A stretch of 64,000 nt of DNA from an uncultured bacterium (GTDB lineage Bacteria > Verrucomicrobiota > Verrucomicrobiia > Verrucomicrobiales > DEV007). The notes below the pieces were generated by a model that was given only the letters and a program-made list of their open reading frames with translations, searched no databases and was not told the origin of the DNA. The stretch's first letter is position 1. The number at the start of each line of letters is the position of its first letter. The position numbers and the translations under genes were made by a program. Below are positions 39,591-49,756 of the stretch, one piece after another. Location of the stretch: assembly GCA_963977015.1 (NCBI GenBank), contig CAXBMO010000009.1, positions 96,001-160,000 of the forward strand, written 5' to 3'.

Positions 39591-39695
39591 ATGGGATCGC
39601 TCAAAAAACGAAGAAAAACGAAAATCAACAAGCACAAACGCAAAAAGCGCATGAAGGCTAACCGCCACAAGAAGCGCTTGCGTTACAAATCCTAG
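39591..39695 (+). CDS. Small basic ribosomal protein bS22 / AURKAIP1-COX24-like (34 aa)
   Basis: Below the ORF-track cutoff; MGSLKKRRKTKINKHKRKKRMKANRHKKRLRYKS matches the MGS..KKRR....KHK.KK pattern. Confidence 0.85.
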   Translation: MGSLKKRRKTKINKHKRKKRMKANRHKKRLRYKS

Positions 39696-39714
39696 GAAGC
39701 TAGGATTGTGCTCC

Positions 39715-41616
39715 ATGAAACCGGGACGGAATATCACCTTGTTCTGCCGCTCCGGTAAAAGTCGCAGAACTTCTCGCTTAGCGCATGTTGGCGTTGCGGC
39801 CCTGATTTGTCTTGGAGCCGTTGATGGTGCCCACGCGCAATCGTTGTCGCGGGAACCGTCGGCTGTCGCCAGTAAAGAGTTCGCCGAAGCCTCGGTCGAT
39901 CGCTACACGCCTCCAGACCCACGGCATCTTCTAAACCAAGAGGGTGCCGCCAAAAGTCAGGCGCTTTCACAATATTACCTGGGTCTCTCGCGCGAAAAAG
40001 CGGGTGATATCGAGGGAGCCTTGGACTCTTTTGAGAAAGTTCTGGAGGTAAGCCCGGGTCAACTCCGCTTGGCAGGAAAAGCTGCAGACTTGGCTGGACA
40101 GTTTGGCGATAGCGAACGAGGCCGCAAAATCCTCGAAACCAGCTTCAAATCAAACCGGCATCTTCCGGCCGCTTATTTGCGCCTTTCCGAGTATCTTTGG
40201 ACCTATCACAACAATCAGCGCTCCAACCGGGAACGTGCGCTTGAACTCGTGGAGGATGCCGCCGAACAGTTTCCCGACAATCCGTCGATTTACGATCGCC
40301 TCATTACCCTGCATCTCGCCAAGAAGGACCGCGCCAAAGCCAGGGAAACACTAACCAAGGCCCTGGAGCGTTCGAACTCCGATCCTGAGTTTTGGCTTGG
40401 AATGGCAAGGGTAGCTCAAAGACTGTATCCGTTGCAGCAGCAACCAGTCCCGGTTCTCATCAACAAGATTTATGAAAAGGCGTTGGCTCTTGGACAAGGG
40501 AATCCCGAAGTCGAAAACCGGGTTGCTGATTATTACAGCCTGACCCGTCAATTCGAATTGGCGCGCGATTTATACATTACGATCATCAAAGAGCGCCCGG
40601 AAGAACTCATCGTTCGGGAGAAGCTGGCCAGGGTTTACAGTTTGCTGGGTCAGGAAGACAAGGTTCTGGAAACGCTCGTCGAATTGGAGCAAATCAATCC
40701 CCACCGCCTGGAAACCCAGCAGTTTCTGGCCCGGATCTACTACGACAAGGAGAACTGGTCGAATTCGATCAAGCACTACTTGAAGGCCTTCAAAATATCT
40801 CGCGGCCAGCCTCTGGAATATCGCATCGTCAGCACGATGATGCTTTGGGAAAACCGAGCCGACGAAGCAGTGGACCTGCTCATGCGAGCGCAATTCCATT
40901 ATCCGGAAGACCTTCAACTCCAGGTCGAAATGGGCGTGGCTCTCAATGCATCCGACCGCTATGACGAGGCTTTCGATCTGTTCCGGGAAACCGAAGAGTT
41001 GGCGGAACAATCTCAGCCTGAGTTACTGACAGACGGCTTCTATTTTTCCTACGGAGCCTCGGCTGAACGGTTAAAGAAATTTCAGGAGGCGGAGAAGCTT
41101 TTTCAGAAATCGATCGATCTCGTTCCACAGAACAATGCGGAAAGAGCCGCCATGCCCTACAACTATCTTGGCTACATGTGGCTGGAACAGGACATGAAAA
41201 TTGAAGAAGCCGGGCAACTCATCATCATGGCGAATGATCTGAGACCCGATTCCGGGGCCTATGTCGATAGTCTGGGATGGTACTACTTTAAGAAGGGGGA
41301 CCATGATAGTGCCGTTGAAACGTTGCTCCGCGCGATCAAGCTCATGGAATCCCAGGATCCCCCAGAAGAAGACGCCGTCGTCTATGATCACCTCGCTCAA
41401 GCTTACTTCATGCAGGGCAACATCAAGGAAGCTGTCAACTACGCCCAAAAGGCTTCGAAACTGGAGCCGGACAACAAGGAGATGGCAGAGCGCCTCAAAG
41501 AGTATCTCGCAGCGAAAACGGCATCAACCCAATCGGATCTTGAGCAGCCACAACCCGTTGTTGCTCCCGATCCCAAAACGGACGTAGCTGCGAAAGAGCT
41601 GCCCAATGCGGCCTGA
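39715..41616 (+). CDS. Exported tetratricopeptide-repeat protein
   Basis: Many TPRs; NYLGYMW...A.....P.SGAYVDSLGWYYFK...DHL...Y. Confidence 0.9.
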   Translation: MKPGRNITLFCRSGKSRRTSRLAHVGVAALICLGAVDGAHAQSLSREPSAVASKEFAEASVDRYTPPDPRHLLNQEGAAKSQALSQYYLGLSREKAGDIEGALDSFEKVLEVSPGQLRLAGKAADLAGQFGDSERGRKILETSFKSNRHLPAAYLRLSEYLWTYHNNQRSNRERALELVEDAAEQFPDNPSIYDRLITLHLAKKDRAKARETLTKALERSNSDPEFWLGMARVAQRLYPLQQQPVPVLINKIYEKALALGQGNPEVENRVADYYSLTRQFELARDLYITIIKERPEELIVREKLARVYSLLGQEDKVLETLVELEQINPHRLETQQFLARIYYDKENWSNSIKHYLKAFKISRGQPLEYRIVSTMMLWENRADEAVDLLMRAQFHYPEDLQLQVEMGVALNASDRYDEAFDLFRETEELAEQSQPELLTDGFYFSYGASAERLKKFQEAEKLFQKSIDLVPQNNAERAAMPYNYLGYMWLEQDMKIEEAGQLIIMANDLRPDSGAYVDSLGWYYFKKGDHDSAVETLLRAIKLMESQDPPEEDAVVYDHLAQAYFMQGNIKEAVNYAQKASKLEPDNKEMAERLKEYLAAKTASTQSDLEQPQPVVAPDPKTDVAAKELPNAA

Positions 41617-41640
41617 TTCGCATTCAGCCCTACTGAATCA

Positions 41641-42447
41641 ATGCCGGAGTTGGCAGAAGTCGAATTTTATCGAAAGCAGTGGGATTGTGGCATTGGGAAA
41701 GCCGTCGATCGCATCCACCTGAACGGAAGCGCGAGAATTTATCGGGACGCCAATCCTCGCAAGATCCGCAAAATGCTACCGGGCACGACCTTCCGAACTT
41801 CTGAAGCCCACGGCAAACAGATGCTGTTCGGATTCGAGCCGAATCTCTGGTTGGCCGCTCATTTGGGAATGACCGGAAAGCTCCTCGTCGCGGGCCCCGA
41901 GCACCAACCCGAGAAACACGATCATCTCGTGATTTATCAGCCCGATCATTCCCTGATCTTTCGTGATTCAAGGAAATTTGGCAGGATTCGATTCGATCAG
42001 GGCAAGGCGCCTCCTTCGTGGTGGACCGAGTTGCCTCCTCAACCGATATCACCAGAGTTCAGCCGTGACCGGGTCACTGCTTACCTTGCTCGCCACCCCA
42101 AGTCTGTCATCAAAGCCCTTCTTCTCGACCAGGGAGGTTTTCCTGGAATCGGTAATTGGATGGCGGACGAAGTGCTTTGGCGCATTCGGCTTCACCCCGC
42201 GACGCGCGGCCGTGATATTCCCCGATCCCAAGCTCATCTCCTGAGAGATGAAGTGCGGAAACTGAGCTTTGAAGCCCTTTCCATCATTGGAACGGACTGG
42301 AGCGATCCTCCAGATTCCTGGCTCTTCAACCATCGCTGGAAGGATGGCGGCGTTTGCCCGCGTCCCACGTGTAAAACGCCGCTGATCCGTGAAGATTTAA
42401 GGGGAAGAACCACTTGCTGGTGCCCCAAGTGCCAGATCGCAACCTGA
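41641..42447 (+). CDS. Fpg/Nei family DNA glycosylase
   Basis: N-terminal PELAEVE, HLGMTG, D.RKFG, PGIGNW.ADE, C-terminal zinc finger CP..C...CPKCQ. Confidence 0.93.
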   Translation: MPELAEVEFYRKQWDCGIGKAVDRIHLNGSARIYRDANPRKIRKMLPGTTFRTSEAHGKQMLFGFEPNLWLAAHLGMTGKLLVAGPEHQPEKHDHLVIYQPDHSLIFRDSRKFGRIRFDQGKAPPSWWTELPPQPISPEFSRDRVTAYLARHPKSVIKALLLDQGGFPGIGNWMADEVLWRIRLHPATRGRDIPRSQAHLLRDEVRKLSFEALSIIGTDWSDPPDSWLFNHRWKDGGVCPRPTCKTPLIREDLRGRTTCWCPKCQIAT

Positions 42448-42468
42448 AGTGCGAAAAACGGCCCGGTC

Positions 42469-43494
42469 CTAACTGTATTTGCCCCGGTGCTCGGCACCAA
42501 ACCACCTCCACGCGCTCTCGACAATGTCATAGACATCCGTGTGCTCCGCTTTCCAGCCCAAGACACGTTCGGCAAGCTCTGGGTTGGCGACCAGCGTCGG
42601 AGCATCCCCGCCACGGCGCTCTCCATACTTCACCGGAACGGTTTTCCCGGTTACCTTCTCAGCGGCCTCGATCATCTCCTTCACGCTGAATCCCGTTCCC
42701 GTTCCCAAATTGCAACGCAATGACTCCCCTCCCCCAACGAGATACTTGAGAGCCTTGATGTGAGCCCTCGCCAGATCCAGCACGTGAATGAAATCCCGGA
42801 CGCAGGTTCCATCCGGCGTCTCATAATCCGTTCCAAAAACGCTGAAGGAGTCGGTTTCGCCATTGATCGCCATTAGGATGCGAGGGATCAGATGCGTCTC
42901 GGGTTGATGAGCTTCTCCAATCAGACCATCGGGAGACGACCCACTCGCATTGAAGAAACGAAGGCAAACGCTCTTCAAGCCGAAGGCCGTGTCGCAATCG
43001 GCCAGAATATCCTCGAGAAAGCTTTTGCTCGCCCCATACGGATTGATGGGGTGCTTGGTATGCGTCTCATCAATCGGCATGCTCTCGGGCTCGCCATAAA
43101 CTGCGGCAGTTGAGGACAGGATGAACTTGGCGCACCCGGCATCCTGCATGACCTCCAACAACGTCAGCGGGGCAGCTGTGTTGTTTCGATAGTATTTCAG
43201 CGGATCTTTCACCGATTCACCAACTTGGATAAATGCCGCAAAGTGAATCACCGCATCGATGGAATTCTTCTCAAAGATCGAGCGAACGACCTCTCTATCA
43301 GCCACATTTCCCTCAACCAACTCCACTTCCGGAGATACGATGGCCTGCTTGTAGCCCTCACTCAAATCATCCAACACGATCACCTTTTCAGCAATCTTCC
43401 GCTCGACCAGCATCCGCGTTGTATGGCTTCCAATGTAGCCAGCACCACCAGTCACCAGGAGTCCACGAAGGGGGCTTTGATCCGGATTCGACAT
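42469..43494 (-). CDS. galE: UDP-glucose 4-epimerase
   Basis: TGGAGYIGSH, HFAA...VGESV..P..YY.NN, YGASK, DGTCVRDFIHV.DLA.AH. Confidence 0.96.
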   Translation of the reverse strand: MSNPDQSPLRGLLVTGGAGYIGSHTTRMLVERKIAEKVIVLDDLSEGYKQAIVSPEVELVEGNVADREVVRSIFEKNSIDAVIHFAAFIQVGESVKDPLKYYRNNTAAPLTLLEVMQDAGCAKFILSSTAAVYGEPESMPIDETHTKHPINPYGASKSFLEDILADCDTAFGLKSVCLRFFNASGSSPDGLIGEAHQPETHLIPRILMAINGETDSFSVFGTDYETPDGTCVRDFIHVLDLARAHIKALKYLVGGGESLRCNLGTGTGFSVKEMIEAAEKVTGKTVPVKYGERRGGDAPTLVANPELAERVLGWKAEHTDVYDIVESAWRWFGAEHRGKYS

Positions 43495-43513
43495 TCGGGC
43501 TGTTACGCTGAGT

Positions 43514-43542
43514 TTGCCAAAAAATCCAGTCAGGCCTAGACT
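43514..43542 (+). promoter_or_regulatory. Sigma70-type promoter, probably leaderless
   Basis: TTGCCA-N17-TAGACT, then 5 nt to ATG 43548. Confidence 0.55.
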
Positions 43543-43547
43543 CTTTT

Positions 43548-44627
43548 ATGATCGCAAGACTGCTGCTGGTTTCTCTCCTCACAAGTTTCTCGTGGGCTCA
43601 GCAGACTCCGTTGCCGGACTTCAGCGTTCCTTCGGGAATGGTTCGGCGGGATTTCTCTCTCGGAATGGCCGACCTGACGCTGGTTGAACAGCTCTGCCAG
43701 GAAACCCTGTCCCCCGGGGGAAAATATCACGTTTTTAAAACGCAGCGAAAAATTCGGGTGATCGACAAGCCCGAGCACGTCGAGACCATTCGCCAGATGC
43801 TTCCGCATATCTCGCAAGCCGCACCGAACGTGAAAATCGAGTTCACTTCGCGCACGGTGGACAACTCCAGGCTCGCCGGTGGCCAGGTTCGCGGAGTAAT
43901 CAGAGGTGGCAATGGTAGAATTGCCGTTCAGGGCCAAAATCCGGGAACTCCCGGCGTTTTTGAGCGTTCCATCGGCGGAGGTGACCGCGGAGACATTTCC
44001 CGCCAGGTCACTCCCGGGGGCGTGACGGTCTTTGACTCCGGCGGCCGCGGCGCCATCGAGATTGACCTCATCAATCAAACGAATCGGGGAGCGGGACTCA
44101 ACAGCCAATTCATTTTGGTTCGAGCTGGCCGTGATGGATTCATCGAAACAGCGCGTGAGATCCCAATGATCGACTATTTTACCCGATTTATCGCCGACGG
44201 GAGTTTCGGTGGCGTCCTGGGAATCGATCCAAGGTTGGTCGGAAACAATCTACTTTTCCCACTCGGTGGAGGCCGTTTCGAAGTCCCCGAAATTCGCTGG
44301 GAAAAAGCCGGCAGTCGACTCCTCGTGCGCCCGACAATCGAAGGCGACCTGATTCATCTGGAGATCATGCCGCAAATCTCAGCCGTCGTCATCGTTGATC
44401 CCGAAGCGTTGCGGCGACGCGGATTAAACGACTACCTCACGGGTCGCGAGCAATACGTGACCTACACCAAGCTCAATACCAGTGTCACGGTTCGGAACGG
44501 TCAATCCGTCCAAATCGGCGGTTTCCAAAAGGCCACGCCGGAATTCAACCGCTTCTTCTTTGGCGGAACGCAATCTGGTGGCGTCAGCTCCGGAAACTTC
44601 ACGGTGCGAGCGACGATTCAGAAATAG
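43548..44627 (+). CDS. Small secretin-like exported protein
   Basis: Signal peptide; N3-like IRVIDKPEHVETIRQML; C-terminal GSRLLVRPTIEGDLIHLEIMPQIS and LNTSVTVRNGQSVQIGG resemble the secretin core. Confidence 0.55.
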   Translation: MIARLLLVSLLTSFSWAQQTPLPDFSVPSGMVRRDFSLGMADLTLVEQLCQETLSPGGKYHVFKTQRKIRVIDKPEHVETIRQMLPHISQAAPNVKIEFTSRTVDNSRLAGGQVRGVIRGGNGRIAVQGQNPGTPGVFERSIGGGDRGDISRQVTPGGVTVFDSGGRGAIEIDLINQTNRGAGLNSQFILVRAGRDGFIETAREIPMIDYFTRFIADGSFGGVLGIDPRLVGNNLLFPLGGGRFEVPEIRWEKAGSRLLVRPTIEGDLIHLEIMPQISAVVIVDPEALRRRGLNDYLTGREQYVTYTKLNTSVTVRNGQSVQIGGFQKATPEFNRFFFGGTQSGGVSSGNFTVRATIQK

Positions 44628-44638
44628 TCTCTAACTCG

Positions 44639-46459
44639 TTACGCGGCCGACTTTCCTGCGCGCTTTCGTTCGTGCCGGCAAAGAATTTTCTTTCTCAAAC
44701 GCAGGCTCTTGGGCGTTGCTTCGACCAACTCGTCGGAAGCAATGTATTCGATCGCACGTTCCAGAGAAAAACGCTGTGGAGGAGAGAGCTGGATTCCTTT
44801 TCCATCGCCGCTGGAGCGGTGGTTGGTGACGTGCTTGGCCTTGGTCGGATTGACGGGAAGGTCGTCAGCACGTGGATTCTCGCCGATAATCATGCCTTCG
44901 TAGACTTCTTCGCCCGGGGCAATGAAGAGCTTCCCGCGACTTTCCAAGCTATCGAGACTGTAGGCCATTGAAGTGCCTTTCTCCATGCTGATCAGTGTTC
45001 CGGTATTTCGAGTCCGGATTTCGCCGGCAATCGGACCATACTCCTTGAACAGGTGGGACATGATGCCTTCTCCACTTGTGAGGTTGAGCAATTCGAATTC
45101 GAAGCCGATCAGACCACGGGTTGAAATCGTCGCCTCGATTGTGGTGCGCCCGTTCTTGGCTTCCATGTTATCCATCTGGCCGCGCCGATTTGCGAGCGAC
45201 TTCATGATCCCTCCCACAGCTTCGTCAGGAGCTTCAACATAGATTGTTTCGTAAGGTTCGCAGCGTCGTCCATCGACTTCGCGCTCGATGACCTGCGGTC
45301 TGGAAACCAGAACCTCATAGCCCTCCCGTCGCATTGATTCGACAAGAACGGCAACCTGCATCGCTCCACGAGCGCTGACCCGAAAAATTCCAGCCTCGTC
45401 GGTGTCCTCAACCTGGATGGAGACATTGGTTCGGGCTTCACGCAGCAAGCGATCGCGGATCTCACGCGACGTCACGCGATTGCCTTCCTTTCCTGCAAAT
45501 GGACCATCATTGATCGAGAATGCCATTTGCACCGTTGGCGGATCGATCTCAACAAATGGCAATGGTTCCGCGTCCTCTGACAACGCGAGCGTTTCGCCAA
45601 TATCGGTGTCTTCAAATCCGGAAAGACCAATAATGTTGCCAGCGATCCCGACCGTGGAATCCGTCGTCGCCAGGGCATTGTATTCAAAGACCTTGGTAAT
45701 CTTGGCCCGCTCCCGCGTTCCATCGACTTTCATACGCCAAATGTTGTCACCCAGCTTTACGCTTCCGCTCAGGACCTTGCCGATGGCAATACGACCGACA
45801 TAGTCACTCCAGTCGATATTGGAAACCAGCATCTTGAAATCCTCGTCCGGATTCGCATCTGGCGGAGGAATGACTTCCATGATGGCTTCCAACAACGGAA
45901 CCATCGTGTCTTGCTCGTCACCCAAATTTTGGACGGCAAATCCATTCTTCGCACTCCCGTAGAGAAACGGGGCATTGAACTGTTCATCATTCGCCTCCAA
46001 ATCCAGAAACAGCTCCAGCACCTTGTCATGGACGGCAACCGGGTCTGCGTTGGGACGATCGATCTTGTTGACGAAAATGATCGGCGTAAGTCCTTCCGCC
46101 AAAGCTTTCCGGAGAACAAATCGTGTCTGTGCCTGAGGCCCCTCGTAGGCATCAACCACCAACATGACTCCATCGACCATTTTCATCACCCGCTCGACCT
46201 CGCCCCCAAAATCAGCATGGCCGGGGGTATCGACGATGTTGATAATGTTCCCATTCCAGCGAACCGATGTGTTCTTCGCTTTAATGGTGATACCTCGCTC
46301 GCGTTCCTGATCCATCGAATCCATGGCTCGTTCTTCGACGACTTGGTTGTCTCGGAAAGCTCCGCCCTGGCGGAGAAGCTGGTCCACGAGAGTGGTCTTG
46401 CCATGATCAACGTGTGCGATGATGGCAATGTTGCGGATTTGGTCAGGAGTAGGCTGCAT
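44639..46459 (-). CDS. typA: Translational GTPase TypA/BipA
   Basis: [47 protein letters not shown]. Confidence 0.98.
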   Translation of the reverse strand: MQPTPDQIRNIAIIAHVDHGKTTLVDQLLRQGGAFRDNQVVEERAMDSMDQERERGITIKAKNTSVRWNGNIINIVDTPGHADFGGEVERVMKMVDGVMLVVDAYEGPQAQTRFVLRKALAEGLTPIIFVNKIDRPNADPVAVHDKVLELFLDLEANDEQFNAPFLYGSAKNGFAVQNLGDEQDTMVPLLEAIMEVIPPPDANPDEDFKMLVSNIDWSDYVGRIAIGKVLSGSVKLGDNIWRMKVDGTRERAKITKVFEYNALATTDSTVGIAGNIIGLSGFEDTDIGETLALSEDAEPLPFVEIDPPTVQMAFSINDGPFAGKEGNRVTSREIRDRLLREARTNVSIQVEDTDEAGIFRVSARGAMQVAVLVESMRREGYEVLVSRPQVIEREVDGRRCEPYETIYVEAPDEAVGGIMKSLANRRGQMDNMEAKNGRTTIEATISTRGLIGFEFELLNLTSGEGIMSHLFKEYGPIAGEIRTRNTGTLISMEKGTSMAYSLDSLESRGKLFIAPGEEVYEGMIIGENPRADDLPVNPTKAKHVTNHRSSGDGKGIQLSPPQRFSLERAIEYIASDELVEATPKSLRLRKKILCRHERKRAGKSAA

Positions 46460-46669
46460 AGCGGCCCTTAGGCGGGCGGCGGGGAATGAGCACGATTTTT
46501 GGCAATTTGCAAGTTCGGGGACAATTCCATTTCAGGAAGGAAGCAGAGATCCGTTCCGTTTTCGGCCCATCACCGGCTTCGTTAAGAGGCTAAAATCCGG
46601 AGCCTTGACCCTTTTGCGTTTTCTCTTCCGCCTAAGCGAGGCTGGGCCGTGAAGGCGAATTGGGCGGAC

Positions 46670-47500
46670 CTATTTATCAAAACGTAAATAGAAGTAGCGA
46701 AGATGCCCCTCCCGATGCAACCAACGAAGGGTTAGCGCAGAAGTTAGCATTGGATTTACTGGATCCTGATCTTCGCTGGTTCCCGGCGGAACCGTGAAAC
46801 GGTGCGTCGGCAACGTTGCCGAGGTGGCATCGTGAATCCCCATCAATTTCAACCCATTGCTGGATGCCATTTCCTGATAGTTCACGCGACTCTCCCATAT
46901 TTGAGGCCAGGGGCTGTATCCTTCCCGCAAGAGCTTCTCCACCATAAATCCCGGAACTCCGGAACCCGTAACGGTGTCGGCAACCAAAATGTCTGACACC
47001 ACCAGGCTCGCGCCCGGACACATGACGCGCGCAACTTCCTCAAAAAATCGTTCACGAGAGGAAAAATGGAACATCGCCTCAATGCAAAACACTCGCTCAA
47101 ATTGTTGCTCTTTGAAAGGCAGGCAACAGGCATCCGCGTTGACCCAACGGAACTCATTTCCGTTTGTTGATTTGATGCTCCGGCAAATGTCGAGCTGCCG
47201 GGAGTCGATGTTGATTCCCGCCAACAGCATCTCGGAGTAAATGGAATTGATTCGAGCCAGGTTTCCACCGAAGCCGCATCCCACGTCCAACACCCGTTGG
47301 CCATTTCCCAAATCTGCCATCTCCAGCAAAACAGCATTCAGCCGTGCCTGAGCCTTCTCGAATTCACCGGGAACCGGAGGCTGGCTGAGCGGCGGAGGGT
47401 TGTCCCAATGACCTAAATGTACGTGCCTGCCAGTTCCACCTTCATAAAACGCCTCGATCAGGTGATCAAAATAGGGAGGAACGGGAAGAGATGGGTTCAC
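46670..47500 (-). CDS. Class I SAM-dependent methyltransferase (RebM/sterol/tocopherol-MT-like)
   Basis: HVHLGHWD, VLDVGCGFGG, DACCLPF, CIEAMFHF; GTG 47500 lies 4 bp after the upstream stop. Confidence 0.88.
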   Translation of the reverse strand: MNPSLPVPPYFDHLIEAFYEGGTGRHVHLGHWDNPPPLSQPPVPGEFEKAQARLNAVLLEMADLGNGQRVLDVGCGFGGNLARINSIYSEMLLAGINIDSRQLDICRSIKSTNGNEFRWVNADACCLPFKEQQFERVFCIEAMFHFSSRERFFEEVARVMCPGASLVVSDILVADTVTGSGVPGFMVEKLLREGYSPWPQIWESRVNYQEMASSNGLKLMGIHDATSATLPTHRFTVPPGTSEDQDPVNPMLTSALTLRWLHREGHLRYFYLRFDK

Positions 47501-47504
47501 CTGA

Positions 47505-48329
47505 CTAACCCCAGCAAAAAACTTGATCTCCGGCGCGGTTCTCAGCCAGAAAACTACAGAGCGTCCACCGCTTTCGGGTCCCTTCAATTTTACTGACTCG
47601 GTGGAGATAGCGCCCCGAGTCCAGCACAATCAAGGATCCGGGTTGCAACTGCAGTTTCACCGAAGGAATGGTCGAAAAATCAGGAGCTTGCCGGGAACGC
47701 GCGGGTTGAACCGAGTCACTTGAAACCGCATTCATTTGGTAGTCATAAACCTCCAAAAATCCGCCGCCAGTTGGACAGGATAAGGCCAGGACGAAAGACA
47801 TCATCGGAGGCCGGATCTGCGTGTGAAGTTGCGCAAACGAAGGACGATAAGCCTGCTCATTGTCGCAATGCGGGGGAATGAATCCACCTTGGTCATGAGC
47901 CCGGATGGTTGTAAACATATAGGACTGACCTGCCCGCGGCCCGGGTGGGGCGACAAATGGTTTTCCACGGTCCAATTTGGAAAGGAACGGCGCCAGGTAT
48001 TCAAAGACTCCCCAGGGTGAGGGAAACAGTTCGCCCAACTGCCGGTGAAATTTCTCCGTTTCCGCAAAATAACCCGGCAGTTGCTCCGGATTCGTCAGGT
48101 TCAAATTCATTCCGTAAAAGCAGGATCGGAACTTTTCCGGAAACCAGGTCTGAACAAACGGAGGATCATGGCGCTCCAGCCGCGCCACAACTTCACTCAG
48201 GATTTCTGAAGGGTAGAGATTGTGAACCAGAACGCCTTGAAGTTCTCGTCGCCTTATCTGATCAAAAACGTCAGAGTGCGATTCCACCTCCGAAGCTTCG
48301 ATTTCAGCTAGCTCAAAAAAATGTGCCAT
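47505..48329 (-). CDS. Fe(II)/2-oxoglutarate oxygenase, WelO5/AmbO5-like, HxD...H triad
   Basis: TIR...IPPHCDN, SF...L..P..GG.L.VY, GRYLHRVS.I.G...R.T...FLA, C-terminal W. Confidence 0.85.
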   Translation of the reverse strand: MAHFFELAEIEASEVESHSDVFDQIRRRELQGVLVHNLYPSEILSEVVARLERHDPPFVQTWFPEKFRSCFYGMNLNLTNPEQLPGYFAETEKFHRQLGELFPSPWGVFEYLAPFLSKLDRGKPFVAPPGPRAGQSYMFTTIRAHDQGGFIPPHCDNEQAYRPSFAQLHTQIRPPMMSFVLALSCPTGGGFLEVYDYQMNAVSSDSVQPARSRQAPDFSTIPSVKLQLQPGSLIVLDSGRYLHRVSKIEGTRKRWTLCSFLAENRAGDQVFCWG

Positions 48330-48361
48330 GGCTCATACGGAAGAACTCCCCGTATCCAGAA

Positions 48362-49585
48362 TTACGGCTTGGAACCAACTCCCAACGACTCAATCAACGA
48401 TTCGCCACCTTCGGGAGCCCGGAACGTTCCGACGGTCTCCTTGATACTGTCTCGATAGTCCGAGGACTCTTCCATCAGCTGGTGATGAGCTTCCTTCAGA
48501 TTGTAGTGGGGAATATTGGGATAGATGTGGTGGATCAGGTGAAAATCGTTTCCATAACCAAGAACAGCCCACCTCGTAAACGGATCCGCGATAATGATTC
48601 GTGAATTGTTGAGCCGGTCGGTCCCCAAGTTGGCATGCTGATAAACCTCCCGTAACAGCATCAGATAGGGAAAGACATAAATGAGCGGAAGCAGCCAGAA
48701 ACCAAAATAGAACGGAGCCAGATCAAAGTTTCCAAAATGCCGAATCCAACTGATGGTCACAAACGCCACCGCGTAGAAGGAGACACGTAGCAGGCCACTC
48801 AACTTGGGATCGTAGCTTAACTTTGAAGATGATGTCCGGAAATGTTGCCCCGGGATCACCAACCAAATTGCGACACCAACCAAGTAAACCGCAATGGGTC
48901 CACCAATCACAAAACGTGGATTTCCCGTCGCTTCGAAGGCGTAAATCAACCCCACCATCGTGAAGAGGAACACGATTCCGAGCTTCGTTGGAGACAGGAA
49001 AAACGGAAGATTCTTCGGCTTCTCCGCACCGACCGACAAGACATGGAACAGATCAGCCAAGTTCCGGAAGACGAATGGTGGCCAGAAAAACTTGGCATAG
49101 TAGTTCCAAATAAACGAAGGCCGCGGCATCGGGAATTTGGAAAAGATGAGTTCGTCCTTGGTCCCCGCAAAGTTGGGGTCCTTATCCGGATCATTGGGGT
49201 GTAAATGATGCCCCAAGTGTTTGGCCCGGTAGCTCAAGAGGCTGCTCCAAAGCGGAAAGAAGCAGATGAGGTTTGCCAGAATGTCGTTCGCTCGCCGATT
49301 GGGCAATAGCATGTGATGAGAAGACTCATGCCCCATCAAACCGATACGATGCATGAGACATCCGGTCAGGATGACAAAGGGAGCACCAATCGGAATTGAC
49401 CACAGCACGCGCTCCCTCCCCGTAAGTCCCCAATCATCAAGATGGGTCAGGATGAATATGCCGGTAGCCTGCACAAAAATCATGCACAACCAATCGATTG
49501 AGATTCCTAGCAAATTGCGGAGAGGACGAACTTTCGCCCAATTACGCAGCCTGACAGAATCCATGAGCTGGACTGTCTTAGTCAC
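48362..49585 (-). CDS. Membrane fatty-acid desaturase/hydroxylase family protein
   Basis: His boxes HESSH, HLGHH and HLIHH plus several TM helices. Confidence 0.9.
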   Translation of the reverse strand: MTKTVQLMDSVRLRNWAKVRPLRNLLGISIDWLCMIFVQATGIFILTHLDDWGLTGRERVLWSIPIGAPFVILTGCLMHRIGLMGHESSHHMLLPNRRANDILANLICFFPLWSSLLSYRAKHLGHHLHPNDPDKDPNFAGTKDELIFSKFPMPRPSFIWNYYAKFFWPPFVFRNLADLFHVLSVGAEKPKNLPFFLSPTKLGIVFLFTMVGLIYAFEATGNPRFVIGGPIAVYLVGVAIWLVIPGQHFRTSSSKLSYDPKLSGLLRVSFYAVAFVTISWIRHFGNFDLAPFYFGFWLLPLIYVFPYLMLLREVYQHANLGTDRLNNSRIIIADPFTRWAVLGYGNDFHLIHHIYPNIPHYNLKEAHHQLMEESSDYRDSIKETVGTFRAPEGGESLIESLGVGSKP

Positions 49586-49756
49586 AAAAAAGAGTTGAGG
49601 AGAAGCTGAGGGTAATTGTTAACAGAACCAAAAAACCAAGCATAGTGCAAGGTTAATCTTAGTCCTGTAAAACCGTCGAGATCTTACTGCGACTTTGCTT
49701 GAAACGGCTAGCAAAATCGTGGCATTTTTTTCACATACCGACCGGAAATCCACCAC

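Noticed and set aside
47505-48329. Calling the WelO5-like enzyme a halogenase
   Set aside because: The iron motif is H-C-D, so the carboxylate occupies the halide site.
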